Shown here in pieces: positions 46,094-58,775 of a stretch of DNA of 64,000 nt. The notes below the pieces were generated by a model that had not been told where the DNA came from, searched no databases, and saw only the letters and a program-made list of their open reading frames with translations. The translations under genes were made by a program, and so were the position numbers. Every line of letters starts with the position of its first letter. Position 1 is the stretch's first letter. Source of the stretch: Daphnia carinata. Its lineage: Eukaryota. Location: the NCBI RefSeq assembly GCF_022539665.2, contig NC_081334.1:806001-870000 (forward strand), read 5' to 3'.

Positions 46094-49000
46094 GGCCTCA
46101 TGAAAAAAAAAAATGGAGGGAATGAGCGAGAGGGCCGTTCCATCAACAGAGAACGTTCTGTATTCCACTGGGCACTTAACTGTGCAGCTCTCGAGTGGTA
46201 GGTATGGGCGCCAAGTTCCGGCAACCTTTTTTTTTTTTTTTAACACCTAGGCTCACGAACCTATTCACGTTGAATGATTTGCTGATCATTTCCATTCATA
46301 TTTTACAATTCCAAACGTTCGTTTCTTTTTTATGCGCTAAATAAAAATTTTCTTTTTTTTACGTTCGGCCACGCCACATTTTTGCAGAAGGTCTTCAATG
46401 ACTCCATTTTGCCGAAATGAACAAGTCGAGAAAGAAAAAGTTGTTTCATTCGATTTTTTCGGCCCAAACTGCTGAGTTAAGCAGTGGCTAAAACAGCTAG
46501 TTTTCGGTCGCTTAAACTCGTTCGATGCTGTTCACAGTTCTTGGCCAGTCGAAAACGTGTTTTTTTTTAGGGCGGCGCGGAGCGCGGGCCTTCAGCCAAA
46601 CGGCCAAGGTCGAATTACTGCGCATATCACAACTTCCCTATCCTTTCTATAAACCACCCAACTTACTATATACACCTCCCACCGTATACTCCTTTCTTCT
46701 TCTCACCCTAAAAAAGCTCTTTTTAAGCTCTTAGCAATGGCCCATTATCAAGGCCGGCCGTGTGTTCCGTCCCACACACACTTACCACACACATTACATA
46801 CACGTTTATTGATAGTATAGTAGCTAGACGGAACGTATACCTATTAGTACGATGTCTTTCCATGCAGAGCCATCTGGCGGATGTGATGATCGGGACCGCG
46901 TGGCGTGAATGCTGTTTAGGAAAGGGGGGGAGGGGGGAAGAAAAGGCGCCATGGCGCTAGTTGCTATGTCACCTCATGGCCTTCCGAAATTTTTGGACTA
47001 GATATTGGCACATCGGCCGAAACGGGAAGTACACTGGTTTTCATGACATGTGACTGGGTACGAATGATCTCGTCTAGCATAAAGCTTTTAATCCTTTCAC
47101 GCCGCATGTTTTTTTTCTTGCTGATTTCTCTTACACGTAGGCCACTATTTCGCCATTCAACGCGCATCGTTGCTGATGGGTTTTTCGTATTCACTGGCTG
47201 ACGTTAGGACTCCAGACATCGTGGCGCCACTCTACTACATAATTTTCTGTCTTCAATGTGTTGTATTTTTCTTCGATGTTAATTTTTAAAAATTACGATT
47301 CAGGAAGTCAACGTTGGCTTTAGGTCAATTCGCGTACGTCGTTCGTCGGAATAGGTTTCGTGCAAAATCCCCTCGTGACAGACAGCCTTGAAATCCCCAT
47401 TAGTTCATCGAGCAATAGATGGCGTTGAACGCAATTGGACATCCCGTCAGAGTAGCTTTCGAATGGACCCCGTTTATTAGGTGAATCAAAGCTCGTTGAA
47501 CAGATTGTATTTCAATAATGAACGACGTTTCTTTAGTACGAAATGGTGCTTGACAACGCCTACCCGAAGATGAAGTAGAACTCTGCGCATGCGCCGTAAA
47601 AGCCTCTGTTCTTGAGCCATCTCATGGGATTCGCGCAGCTTCTTTTTATTTATTTATTTTCTTATTAGATTTTTTCTCTTCATTTTTATTTTTTTCACAT
47701 AGAAAAAGTAAAGATATCACGGTTTGGTACAGTTATAGATTAGACGACTATCATGTTGCCATACCAACCGCCCATTTCGATAAAAAGGAAAGAGATCACG
47801 TCTCGATGCCCTCCAGCTGGACGACGAAATTTAAATCCCTTTATAGAAAAGTTCGCTAAGCTCGTACTTTCCAATATTCTAGTCTACATCTGCATATAAG
47901 GGCATTTCTCTCTTCATTTGATAAAAAAAAAAATACCATTGTTATCGACAATCATATTAACTCGGACTTACTGGGAAACGCAACAAGCTTCCAAGTGCGT
48001 AACAAATCCCTCCCCCCCCCAAAAAAAATAAAAATGCATTACCTCATTAGCTTATGATTAAACGCCAAAAAAAAAAATTGACACGAATAAAGCGAACAGT
48101 CACTTGCTAGAGATTACAGAAGCTTATTAGACACACTGCGACGATTGTACGATAACCGACAAATGTTGCCTCGAGCAGCTGTATCATAACCGGGTTAAGG
48201 AATATATGCGGCAATCGTGTAAGGAATCGCCTTGCCCCAATGGAGAAATGAATATGTCCCTCCAATCTCTTCCGGCCGCAGTCTGCTGCGCCATTACGAC
48301 TTTATTGATAGAGGCCAAAAACTTGTGCCGCAGATTGAAATAAAAAAGAAACTGCTTCACTGGAGCTATAGACTATTCCAGGAAAAGTTAGCCAACTTCA
48401 GTTGGCAGATTGATTGCTGTTTGCCGAACGTAAACGCCCGTTCAATAGTCGCCTCTCGTTTCCCTCCAAAAAACTCCAGAGTCCATGGAAATTCGACAGC
48501 GGGAAAAGGATGGGCGGAACTGGGGATGGGGGGGGGGGGACGAATCATTTGAACTTTTGCTTCCGGGCAACCACACGAATTTCTCTGCTTCACATACGGG
48601 ATTATTATTTTATAGTCTGCTGGAACCTGTTCTCTAATTGAAAGAAAAAGTTTGTGCGGCGGGAGTCTGAAGTGAACGAGAAAATATGGCAACATGCGGA
48701 ACGAACAACTCGATTCCATTGATCAAAATAAACAGGACAAAGTCAAACACATGGTGCATAGTGTACAATGTCTTCAGTAAGGCGACAGAGTCGGGAGACA
48801 AACGGCCATACAATGTCGACAAATGACGCGCACTGGAACGTTTATCCAATTTTGAAAAGACCCGCACCACGTACGGGCTCTTTCTTTTCACGCTTGCCTC
48901 CCCTCCTCACCCTTCCTGTGGTACGTAAGTTTTGTTTAGAAAAGTAGGGAGGAAAGGGTGTGTATGCAAAAAGTACGTTGATGGATATTGCGCCCGATGC

Positions 49001-52000
49001 AAATGAGCCCAAGCTGTTGATAACGACGTCAGTCGAGTTGCCGTGGCGAGGAGAAAAGTAACAGCTGGTGATGGAGTCTTCTCTTAGTTTCTTTTAATTC
49101 ACAGTTCGTTCACGTTCGAAAAAGAAGAGTTTAGGGCAAGAGCTTTTCGTGTCTCACAAAAAGGAAAGAACTTGTTTCCAAAGTGTCTCAGGACTCTTGG
49201 GCATCTTAGATCGTCACACGGATTCTATGACATAGTGTGTGTTTAAGAAGCGAAGGAGAGGAAAAACGGGACATAATCACGAAGAAAGCTTTTTTTTTTT
49301 CGGTGGGGGGGGGGGGAGGGGGTCTAAGAAAGGTGTTCACCAACTTGGTAACGAAAGTTTGCCCGGTTGCTTTTCGCGTCTCCCAGCATCCCGGTCTTTC
49401 GAAACTTATATGGTCTACGACGGCGCATCAAACTTGTTTCTCCAATTGGCCGGCGTTTATATTCTTCCCCTACTCGATTCACTTTGTCCAAAGGCAAAAC
49501 TTTGGCTTTCAATTGAAAATACGCATCTACCTATCTCCTTCCAGTTGGGGAAAAAGAAAGTTTTTTCTTTTTGTTTAATGCGGTACAGGAAAGTACATCA
49601 AAACAAACCTCTTCATACTGCAAATTATATGAGGGTTTTTAACGTTTCTGGCTACACGGGTTGTCTCAATCACAAAGATTTTGATCTGTGAGTCAATTGC
49701 ATATTAAAAGTTGACATATTGGAAGTATAAGATATTCAATTACAATTTGATACATCACAATTGCCAAAAAATGACAACATTCCGTAACGAATGAATGGTT
49801 AAATGCATTTGCCTTGTATGCATGTTTAACAAATCGTTTGTTGCCGTTTTACGGAGGTTGGCTTAACAAACTGGTAGCGGAATTTGGATTGGAGACCAAA
49901 GTTGTGTGAACGCGTCTTCACGAATCTGCGTCAAGCCTTTTTTAATCTCTACACGGTTGTTTTTTGGTTCGTACTAACCCTGTGTTTGGATATTGCACAA
50001 CCAACGTAAAGATAAAGAACATTTAAACAAAGTGATAACGAAGCACAGCCTGGAATTTCAGAGATAAGATGTCAGTATCAAGTTTTGACTTCAGTACAAC
50101 TCGATCAATTGGTAATGAATAGGCAGGCTTTGCTTTTGCACGGCTTGTGTTGCATTGGACCACACCTAATAGCCGCCCTAATTTCTCCCGTTTACGATAT
50201 CAAATCGTGGTACGATGCCATCGCTGCCATACCAATCGTCCTTTCGGTATGCATAGCTTTACGCAATAAATTTTTCTTCCGTGGCATCCTTCACGTCGCC
50301 TGCATCCTCCTCGGCATTATCAGGTTTAAAAAGCTTTACGAAAGCGTCTACGCACCGAAAAATTATTATAATTACCTTACGATTTAGCCAGGAAGTGTCA
50401 CGTCAACCACGCAGCATTGACTGGAACCAACTGGGAAATCCGCAATTTATCCCTATCTATTTGTGCACGACACACGTAATTAAAGGTCCATAAGTTATTC
50501 GAATCCAATTTAGGTAAGCTTTGGTTGAAATTTTTAATCGTATACCCCGTTAGGTATAGGAACTTGCGTGAAATTATTTCCGTCGGCGGTAGTCATTAAC
50601 TCTCCCAACAAATACACGGCCAGCTGGAGAGACTACGTAGGATGGAGCATGTCCATTCTTTCCAGTGTTTACTTTCTGCAAGAGCCAAATATCTACCGAA
50701 ATAATAAGGTTTCAATTTTCATTATTACTAGATGTTCGATCTAAACAAAATAGGGGGATAAAATTATTTACTTCTTTCATTTTCAAATCAGGGAATGGCC
50801 GAGTGGCGAAGGACATTTGCCCAGGTTGAAACACTTCACTGGGCAGGATTAGCTTTGAGTGCTTCCACTAATTTTGAAGCGTTCGGGTGGTTCTTCGTTC
50901 TGTTTAATTCACTCCAATCGCTTCTAGCTCATAGTTTCTTTTATAGCTACACCGATGATCGTTGACGTTGAAATACGAACATAGGGAAACAAGCAATAGT
51001 GAGGAGGTAGTATTATAAGAGAAGTATTTTCTATGATACTTACCGACGGGGGAAAATTCGAAGCTGAACGCACAAGTGATACGAGAGTTAATGTAATGGT
51101 TCCTCGTGACTTGCAAATAGTTCCAGAAATATGTTTCAATTGTGGTATAGCGACGTCATTCTTCTTTCAATTGAAAAATATCGTGCTGAAAAATCATGTA
51201 AACTGGGGATCACATTCTCGGCATTGCAAGTGAGCCAATTCCTTACCGCTAACAATAAGCTAACCAAAACGAGAAATTCTTACATAACTAACCTGTAAAT
51301 ATGAATTTGGTAACATACCATTTGCTCATCCATGTCGATACCTCGATTCATTCCTCCCGTTCAACGTTTATCAAGTTTTCATCGAAAGAACACATCCATT
51401 GTTGCAAAATACAAGTTTTTTCGAAAAGCAAAGAGTATTTTTCCTGTGTTTTGAAGTCAACACCGGCTGAAATCAGCATGTGATGAAGGTGCTAGTCTTT
51501 GACGATCTGTGTGTGACTTAGATGAACAAAAGATACCACAATGCACTGAACAACTCACAGCAGGTTGATTTCGCACACAACACACGGTTAATCGTACTCT
51601 TTGTAAATTTAGCTAGATGATACGAAGGCGATATCTCTCAATTGAAAAACCACTCACTTTTATTTCAGCAAAAATTTTGTGTCCCGTCTGGATGGGAAAA
51701 CTGCTCGCCATCTAGTGACGAATTTTTTAATTTGAAAATTAAATGTTCATGAACCCTAGTAGATGGCGAACTGTAGCCAAAACCTCCTCACCGATAATAT
51801 TTTTTGTAAGCGGGTGAATTTTTACCTCAAATGGATAATGATGTGATCAAAGATTAATTTGATTAGGAAGCGTCATACTGGTAATTACGGCTACTTCATA
51901 AGCTTTTTTAGTTAAGTTAACGAAGGAAATGTATGGCTGAACCAAACTGCTCTTGAAGATTCACCTTTGAACACTGAAAATGCAGCCACTGCTGATGCCT

Positions 52001-53081
52001 CAACAGCCTGCACTACCCAAGGTGGACACTTAGAGCAGCGAGCGCCAAAGTTGCATCGGTGGTTTATGGAAGTTCAAAACCAACGAGTATAGACAAGAAC
52101 TTAAATGATATAATTATTGTGGTGGTTGTTTATTTACTATCACGATGGCTACCTGATCATTCTGCTTTCTAACGATGCAATTGTGAAAGCTGCACCCAAT
52201 GAGCCGAAATCCGAAAAGGATGTTATTGGCATAATAATAAAAGTAAAGCAAGATGGCAATATGTTTTTAAGAAGGAATTTTATTGATCGAAAGCAAGACA
52301 AATTGGGAATTTCGTGTAGCAGATAAAAATGAAAGTTTTGTTTAACAGTGAAAAATTCAAATAGGGGAGAAAGCAATGAGAAATTTTGTTTAGCAGATAA
52401 AAATTAACCCTTGATTAGCTCCTTTCGCGTACACACGCACTTGCAGAACTGGCCGATTCATTTAAGGATAAAAATCCCCCCTGACGGTAGCTTCATCACC
52501 GCCATGGAGGTGAAAACTACCTGTAACCTCTGCCATCACTACGAGACAAGCTACTCCCGTAGTGGTCTCCTTCCGGCGGGTGCATGCAGGTGGGAGATGG
52601 CAATATTGCTCACCATCTCGTCACTTGCATGCAAACGTGTACCATGAAGGAGACAATTGAAACAGAAAAGGTTGCATAAATGGTAGATGCCACGCACGGC
52701 AGTGAGCAACTCCGTCAAGGGTTCTTCGACCAGTTTCTTCAGATAGCGGCCGAAAAAGACATTCATCAAAGGTTAGTACATACAGTATCACACCGAAATG
52801 GAATTAACAATAATTTTGATTAATTGTTTCTGCTATGTACAATGAAGAAAAATTATGAAAGAGCTCGAGGAAAATACATAATCAGGCCGAAATAGAAGAT
52901 ACAAGCAATTTTGAGTTACTGTTTCTGCTACGTTTAAATAGAAAACAAATGAAAGACAAAAAGTGCTCAACGAGCTGACTGCTTTACAAGGGACACACTC
53001 AAACCGAAATCGTATGTACAGAATTTAGATTTTCAGTTTTTTTTTTTTACGAAAAAAAAAAAAGAAAGGGAAAAAAAACGC

Positions 53082-54863
53082 TTAATGGGCGGGTTGTTTT
53101 GCGGAAGCTGCGGCCTGTTGTGCTGCTCTCTCCTCCGTCATCTTCGCCAAACTTCGCAGGTAGTTTTTGTTCCAAAAGATCATGGTTGGATATTTCACCT
53201 GAACAGGTGGAACAGGGGCCGGTGCGACTGCTGCACCTTGCTCGGGAACTACCACTTGTTCACTTTCTGCGGGAGGAACTTCATCGTCACTTTCGTGCTG
53301 GATGGGAACTGTAGAATGTTCCTCGCCAGTGGATTCCACAGAAGGTTCAGGTACGGGAGCATCATCATGAGGTAGGGCGGCCAATGGTAGTGTACAACAT
53401 GCTTCATCGGATGTAACTGCAGCACTCGCTTGTTGCAGGGCAGCTCGCTCAGCCCTTTCCTGCGCTCTCCTTGCCAAACGTCGTTGGTAGCTTTTGTTCC
53501 AAAGTGCCTTGTTTGGATTTTTCACTCGACGGGGTGGAACGGGTGCATCTGCTACTGCTGCCCCTTGCTCGGGAACTACTTCTACCACTTGTTCACTTTC
53601 TGCGGGACGAACTTCGTCAACCCTTTCGTGCTCGATGGGAACTGGAGAATGTTCCTTGTCAGTAGATTGCACAGGTGGGACAGGCACGGAGGCACCATGG
53701 TCAGGCAGAACGGCATCATCATCAGGTACAGAGGCCAATGGTTGTGTACAACATGCTTCATCGGATGCAACTGCAGCAGTCGCTTGTTGCTGGGCCAATC
53801 TGTCCGCTCGCTCTTGCGCTCTTCTTGCCAAACGTCTTTGGTAGCTTTTGTTCCAAAGTGCCTTGTTTGGATTTTTCACTCGACGGGGTGGAACGGGTGC
53901 ATCTGCAACTGCTGCCCCTTGCTCGGGAACTACCTCTACAACTTGTTCACTTTCTGCGGGAGGAACTTCATCGACGCTTTCCTGTTGGATGGGAACTGGA
54001 GAACGTTCCTCGTCAGTGGATTTCACAACAGTTGGTGCAGGCACTGAGGCACCATCGTCAGGCAGAACGGCATCATCATCAGGTACAGAGGCCAATGGTT
54101 GTGTACAACATGCTTCATCGGATGCAACTGCAGCAGTCGCTTGTTGCTGGGCCAATCTGTCCGCTCGCTCTTGCGCTCTTCTTGCCAAACGTCGTTGGTA
54201 GCTTTTGTTCCAAAGTGCCTTGTTTGGATTTTTCACTCGACGGGGTGGAACGGGTGCATCTGCAACTGCTGCCCCTTGCTCGGGAACTACCTCTACCACT
54301 TGTTCACTTTCTGCGGGACGAACTTCGTCAACCCTTTCGTGCTCGATGGGAACTGGAGAATGTTCCTTGTCAGTGGATTGCACAGGTTGGACAGGCACGG
54401 AGGCATCATCGTCAGGCAGAACGGCATCATCGTCAGGTACAGAGGCCAATGGCAGTGCACAACATGCTTCATCGGATGCAACTGCAGAAGTCGCTAGGTG
54501 CTGGGCCAATCTGTCCGCTCTCTCCTGTGCTCGTCTTGCCAAACGTCTTTGGTAGCTTTTGTTCCAAAGTGCCTTGTTTGGCTTCCTCACCTTTCGAACC
54601 TTTAGGGCAGGGGCCTCTGTGGGTACGCCAGGTTGCTCATCATCTTGCTGAGGGACGATGTTATCCTCGTTAGGTGCGTGGCTATCTCCTCGATGTGCGT
54701 CGTCGATCGAAACCATGTCTGCTTGCGCTTCGTCAGAATCACCGATTTGCACAACAGGAGCTCTTGCCTTGATGTACGCCTTCCAACCGAGCCAACCGAC
54801 AGCAACAACTCCAACTGCCACTACGCCAATTACTCTTGCTGGAAATTTCACGTAAGAATACAT
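53082..54863 (-). CDS. Uncharacterised 593-aa intronless protein with N-terminal hydrophobic anchor and four ~110-119-aa tandem repeats
   Basis: Open 1782-bp ORF; hydrophobic VIGVVAVGVVAVGWLGW followed by KAYIKAR; repeat periods 354/357/354/327 bp, all multiples of 3. Confidence 0.75.
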   Translation of the reverse strand: MYSYVKFPARVIGVVAVGVVAVGWLGWKAYIKARAPVVQIGDSDEAQADMVSIDDAHRGDSHAPNEDNIVPQQDDEQPGVPTEAPALKVRKVRKPNKALWNKSYQRRLARRAQERADRLAQHLATSAVASDEACCALPLASVPDDDAVLPDDDASVPVQPVQSTDKEHSPVPIEHERVDEVRPAESEQVVEVVPEQGAAVADAPVPPRRVKNPNKALWNKSYQRRLARRAQERADRLAQQQATAAVASDEACCTQPLASVPDDDAVLPDDGASVPAPTVVKSTDEERSPVPIQQESVDEVPPAESEQVVEVVPEQGAAVADAPVPPRRVKNPNKALWNKSYQRRLARRAQERADRLAQQQATAAVASDEACCTQPLASVPDDDAVLPDHGASVPVPPVQSTDKEHSPVPIEHERVDEVRPAESEQVVEVVPEQGAAVADAPVPPRRVKNPNKALWNKSYQRRLARRAQERAERAALQQASAAVTSDEACCTLPLAALPHDDAPVPEPSVESTGEEHSTVPIQHESDDEVPPAESEQVVVPEQGAAVAPAPVPPVQVKYPTMIFWNKNYLRSLAKMTEERAAQQAAASAKQPAH

Positions 54864-54929
54864 TTTGAATCACTTTTCAAGCGTTTGGAATGACTTTTCA
54901 AGCGTTTTGAATCACAATTCAAGCGTTTT
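54863..54929. repeat. 3 x 21-bp tandem repeat (TTTTGAATCACTTTTCAAGCG) immediately 5' of the repeat-protein ATG
   Basis: Three adjacent copies with about 2 substitutions each. Confidence 0.85.
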
Positions 54930-55186
54930 AAGTGCTATACGGCAGAAAAAACGTGGATAAAAACTGCATTCGCATCCTCAGCTTTGTACGTTGGGCAGCA
55001 CTAGCACAACTTCCAATACTCGATTTCGTTCTTTGAAAGCATTTTAAGTTAATTTCGCAACAACATAACGTTAAAAAAAGTTTTGATTTGGAATTTAGTG
55101 TTTTAATTACACGTTATTCAATGATTAAGAGCATTAAAAAAATAGGTGCAATATTGTTTTTTTAACGAAAACGACGTTCATACGTA

Positions 55187-56157
55187 GGGGAGACCGGGGC
55201 TAAACCGGACGGGGGCTAAACCAACCATTTGATTTTTTTTGTTCAATTTTGATTGAAAAATTCTGAAATTTTTACACAACATTATTAAGGCAATTCCTCA
55301 CCTTTGGACAAAATTTCAAACTGTTGTCTAAAAAAATGAACGAAATAGGATGAATGACCGGTTTTTGTATGCTTTTTTTTTCGCTTTGCGTTCGCAGTGT
55401 TTTTCGTCTTGCCGACGCACGGACTAATACACAATTTAGAAAAAATTCTCTGAAATGGGTTTTTCATTTGTGTTTATGATGGTTTTTTTAGAAGAATTTT
55501 CGCTTGTATAGTTTTTGAGTTATCTGGGTTTTACCGCAACACGGCTCTTGGGGGTTACATCGGACAACAAAAAAGGGGTGATACCGGACATGCAACTGGC
55601 AGCTTGTTAGATGCTTGTTTAGTGAATGCCAAATTTATCCATGCTTACATCGGCATGTAGGTTATATAAGAAGAAATTTGGGTTGCTGTTGTCATTCTGA
55701 TTAGTATTATTCTGATTAGTAGGATCTGCCCCTAATTCTGTCACCTAAAAGAACCCGCTCCGGTAGAACAGTGAAAAATGTTCAAAAAATTGCTCTTTAA
55801 GTATTTTCCAATGTCAACTGTTTGGAGAACAATATATTTTCTTAATGTAAACGCCAGTACAATGTTTTATTCATTTTTAAAAATTATTAGTAGATGTTGT
55901 TTTGATAATAAGTAGACGTGGACGGTTTAACCCACACCCTGTCCGGTTTCACCCCGCACAGTATAAGATGGGTCCATTTTTTTTTAAATTTCAAAATCTA
56001 ATAACATCTTTGCTTATCATCCGGCGATCATGAAAGAATTACAGGACCTAGCTTAGAGTTTGGCGATTCTACTGGCGCAAAAAAATTAAGAAATTCCTAA
56101 CCAGTAAAAAGTTATCGCCTCAGAGCGAATTCCGTCCGGACTAGCCCCGGTCTCCCC
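55187..56157. mobile_element. Non-autonomous DNA transposon (MITE), ~970 bp, TA-flanked (Tc1/mariner/pogo-like)
   Basis: 26-bp TIRs GGGGAGACCGGGGCTAAACCGGACGG / CCGTCCGGACTAGCCCCGGTCTCCCC (2 mismatches), TA on both sides, internal degenerate copies of the GGGG.T..ACCGGAC motif, no long ORF. Confidence 0.88.
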
Positions 56158-58775
56158 TACAGTTCTAGTATAGGGGAATGGTGCATGAGCATATGGCAAT
56201 ATGCCAGGCTATTAACCAACGGTTGAAAAAGGAGGAATGTTACGAAATAAAATATAAAATTGAATAAAACTCATCATTTCAGAAAATATCTTGTCTTGTT
56301 TGATGGATTCTGATGTAAGAAAATGTGCCAATCGACCCCATGATGGTAAACACAATAAAAACTAAAAATGCTATAACAGTACCTCTACAATTAACAGAAC
56401 TATCCCTTGTATCAGCAGCTTCGCACTCGTTTGATTGTCTTTTTTTATTTGTTTTCATCAGATCACAGTAATGTTTGAACGAAATGATTTGATTTTCCAC
56501 TTTTTGCCAGGAGCTTGCTCACCACTCCCGCGTCATCTGGTGGTTGGGAACAAACTAAGGGTGAAGTACGGCACCGGATGTAGGAGAAGACGAACAGAAT
56601 ATTCACCTGAAGACAAGATCTCATGTCAACTATTTTAACTCATATTATTGTTGAGGATATCACATCTCGTTCCTGAGGTTGGGAGTGAAAAATCCACTGA
56701 CTGCAATGCAGCAAAAGAAAAACATGGCAGCCATTTTGCTGATCATTGTCGTCATGGGAATTGAAGTAGTTTCTTCCTTCTAGAAAGAAAAAAAAATAGT
56801 TCCAACATAAATAGGATTCTATCACTTGTAGCCAATTGATAGACGAGTGTCATCGTCGTCATGATTGGTACTAAATAGCCGAATTCGAGAACATGAGCAC
56901 AACATCACATTCTAGCTTTTGGTCAACACCGCTGATACTTACATTTAGGAACAGGCTAACTTCCAGCCAATAACATGCTGGTAACACAGTGTCCCAGAAA
57001 TGCTCTTTTTCTCTACTAATGCGACACTTCTTCCCTCGTGTGTGAAGCAAAAAGAAGAAACGTTGAACTTTCATTTAGTCTTCTTAATTTCATGAATATT
57101 TCATTTGTTAAACGGCGTCTAGCAATGATGTAATTAAGAAGCATTTTGCCCAAGTCAAGACACAACAGGTCGTTTAAGTTTTGGCCGAATCATTTCGAAA
57201 GAACAAGCACGAAATCCTTCTAATAATATAATCACTCGATTACGCTGACCGTCCTTCGTTTAACCATCGTTCACGTTGTTTTCCATCGTTGGAAGATTGA
57301 AAGACTTTCGGCAATGATTTCTAATTACAAGAAAAACCACCAAAAAAAGGAGGGGAGAACGAGTTCTTAGAATAAATGCCAGTTAGTTATCCCAAGTCAG
57401 ACGAACAGTAAATAAGTATGCCTCAAAATATGATGTTGTATTTTTTTTTTTTTCGAGATAACTTGCAAACAGAAAGAAGCTGACTATAAACGGAAAAAAA
57501 GGGAAATTGGACTGGAGGGCAATGCTGCTTTAGCGCCAAACCAAATATGGTCGCCATGCTGATTGTTCTGCTGCAAGTCACCAAATGGTGGTGGTACCTT
57601 AAAAAACCCTGCTCTTAAAAAACGAATATTTTATCATTTGAAAACCAAATTTGTAAATGTTCTAGTTCACCTTGACTGGACGAAATGCCAGCGGGATAAT
57701 TTCTATTGTTATGACCCTAACCGTCAGTTCGTCAAACGTGTCCAGAGCAATTGAAGCTGCCATCGAGGGCTTATTTTTTTTTTTTAAACAGATTATTTTT
57801 TGGCACCCGTTAGACAACTCTTTAAAAAAAATGTTCTTTTTGTCATAAAGAAAACTTGACAGAGACACGAGAAAGGAAATCTTTGATGATACAGATAAAA
57901 AAGAACACATCGTCTGAGGGAAAACAAAATGATGCGGGTCAGCGCTCCGCGGTTCGAGAAGGTCCCGAGCTCTTTGATCCACGGTCCGAAGCCGGGCAAG
58001 AAGGGAGAACCTCCCTTTTTCTTCTCATTTGCGTTCATTCTTGCCCTTGCCCTATCATTCGGTTTTTCGAAAGCCAGTAGAAAAACGGAGGAAAGAAAAA
58101 AAAAAGAGAGAAAAACGAAAAGACAGACACAGAGAGAAAAAAAAGAATAAATAGCGAAGAATAAGGGAGATAGTGAAAAACAAGCCGGGGGGGAGGAGGA
58201 GGAGGGAGGATATCAAAAGAAGCATGAAACAGACGAACGCAGAGGGAGGGGGGCGGTTGTTAGGAGAGAGTTGAGTACGTACAAAATAACACCAAACCCC
58301 ACCAGAAGGGAGGAGGGGAGGACCGGGAAAACTCAACAGGCTTACAGCCATGCACAACGTACGATTCCACACCAGTGAGAAAGAACGTCTGGCTGTGAAT
58401 GCATCGAGCCATTGGCATTTGACAGTGAGACGGAGTCACGAGAAGATCTTTCTTTTTTATTGTGGCTAACCCCCCTCCAAAGGATTTACATTTTATGTGA
58501 GAAATATTATCGAAAAAGTGTAATTAAAGAAGATTTACATCATCTTGGTTTTGTGATTGTGTGTGTGTATGTTCTAGTGGTCGTTTTTAATTTAACCAAA
58601 ACGAATGAACTGAAAGCGAAGAAGGCGACTTGAATGTCGCCGTTCGGATACGTATGACGAATCCCAACCGTCGTGGTTTCCTGTTTTCGCCTTGGTTGAA
58701 ATAAAGGCGCTATTGTTTTTTTTCTTTTCGCTGTTACAGCAATAAAAGCACAGAGCTTCCAAAACAAAAAGAAAA

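Noticed and set aside
50050..52800. Protein-like fragments with stops (possible decayed TE or pseudogene)
   Set aside because: No recognisable domain, termini or consistent frame.
53085..54893. Plus-strand ORFs (332, 205, 132, 117 aa and others) over the repeat gene
   Set aside because: They are antisense shadows of the repetitive 593-aa minus-strand ORF.
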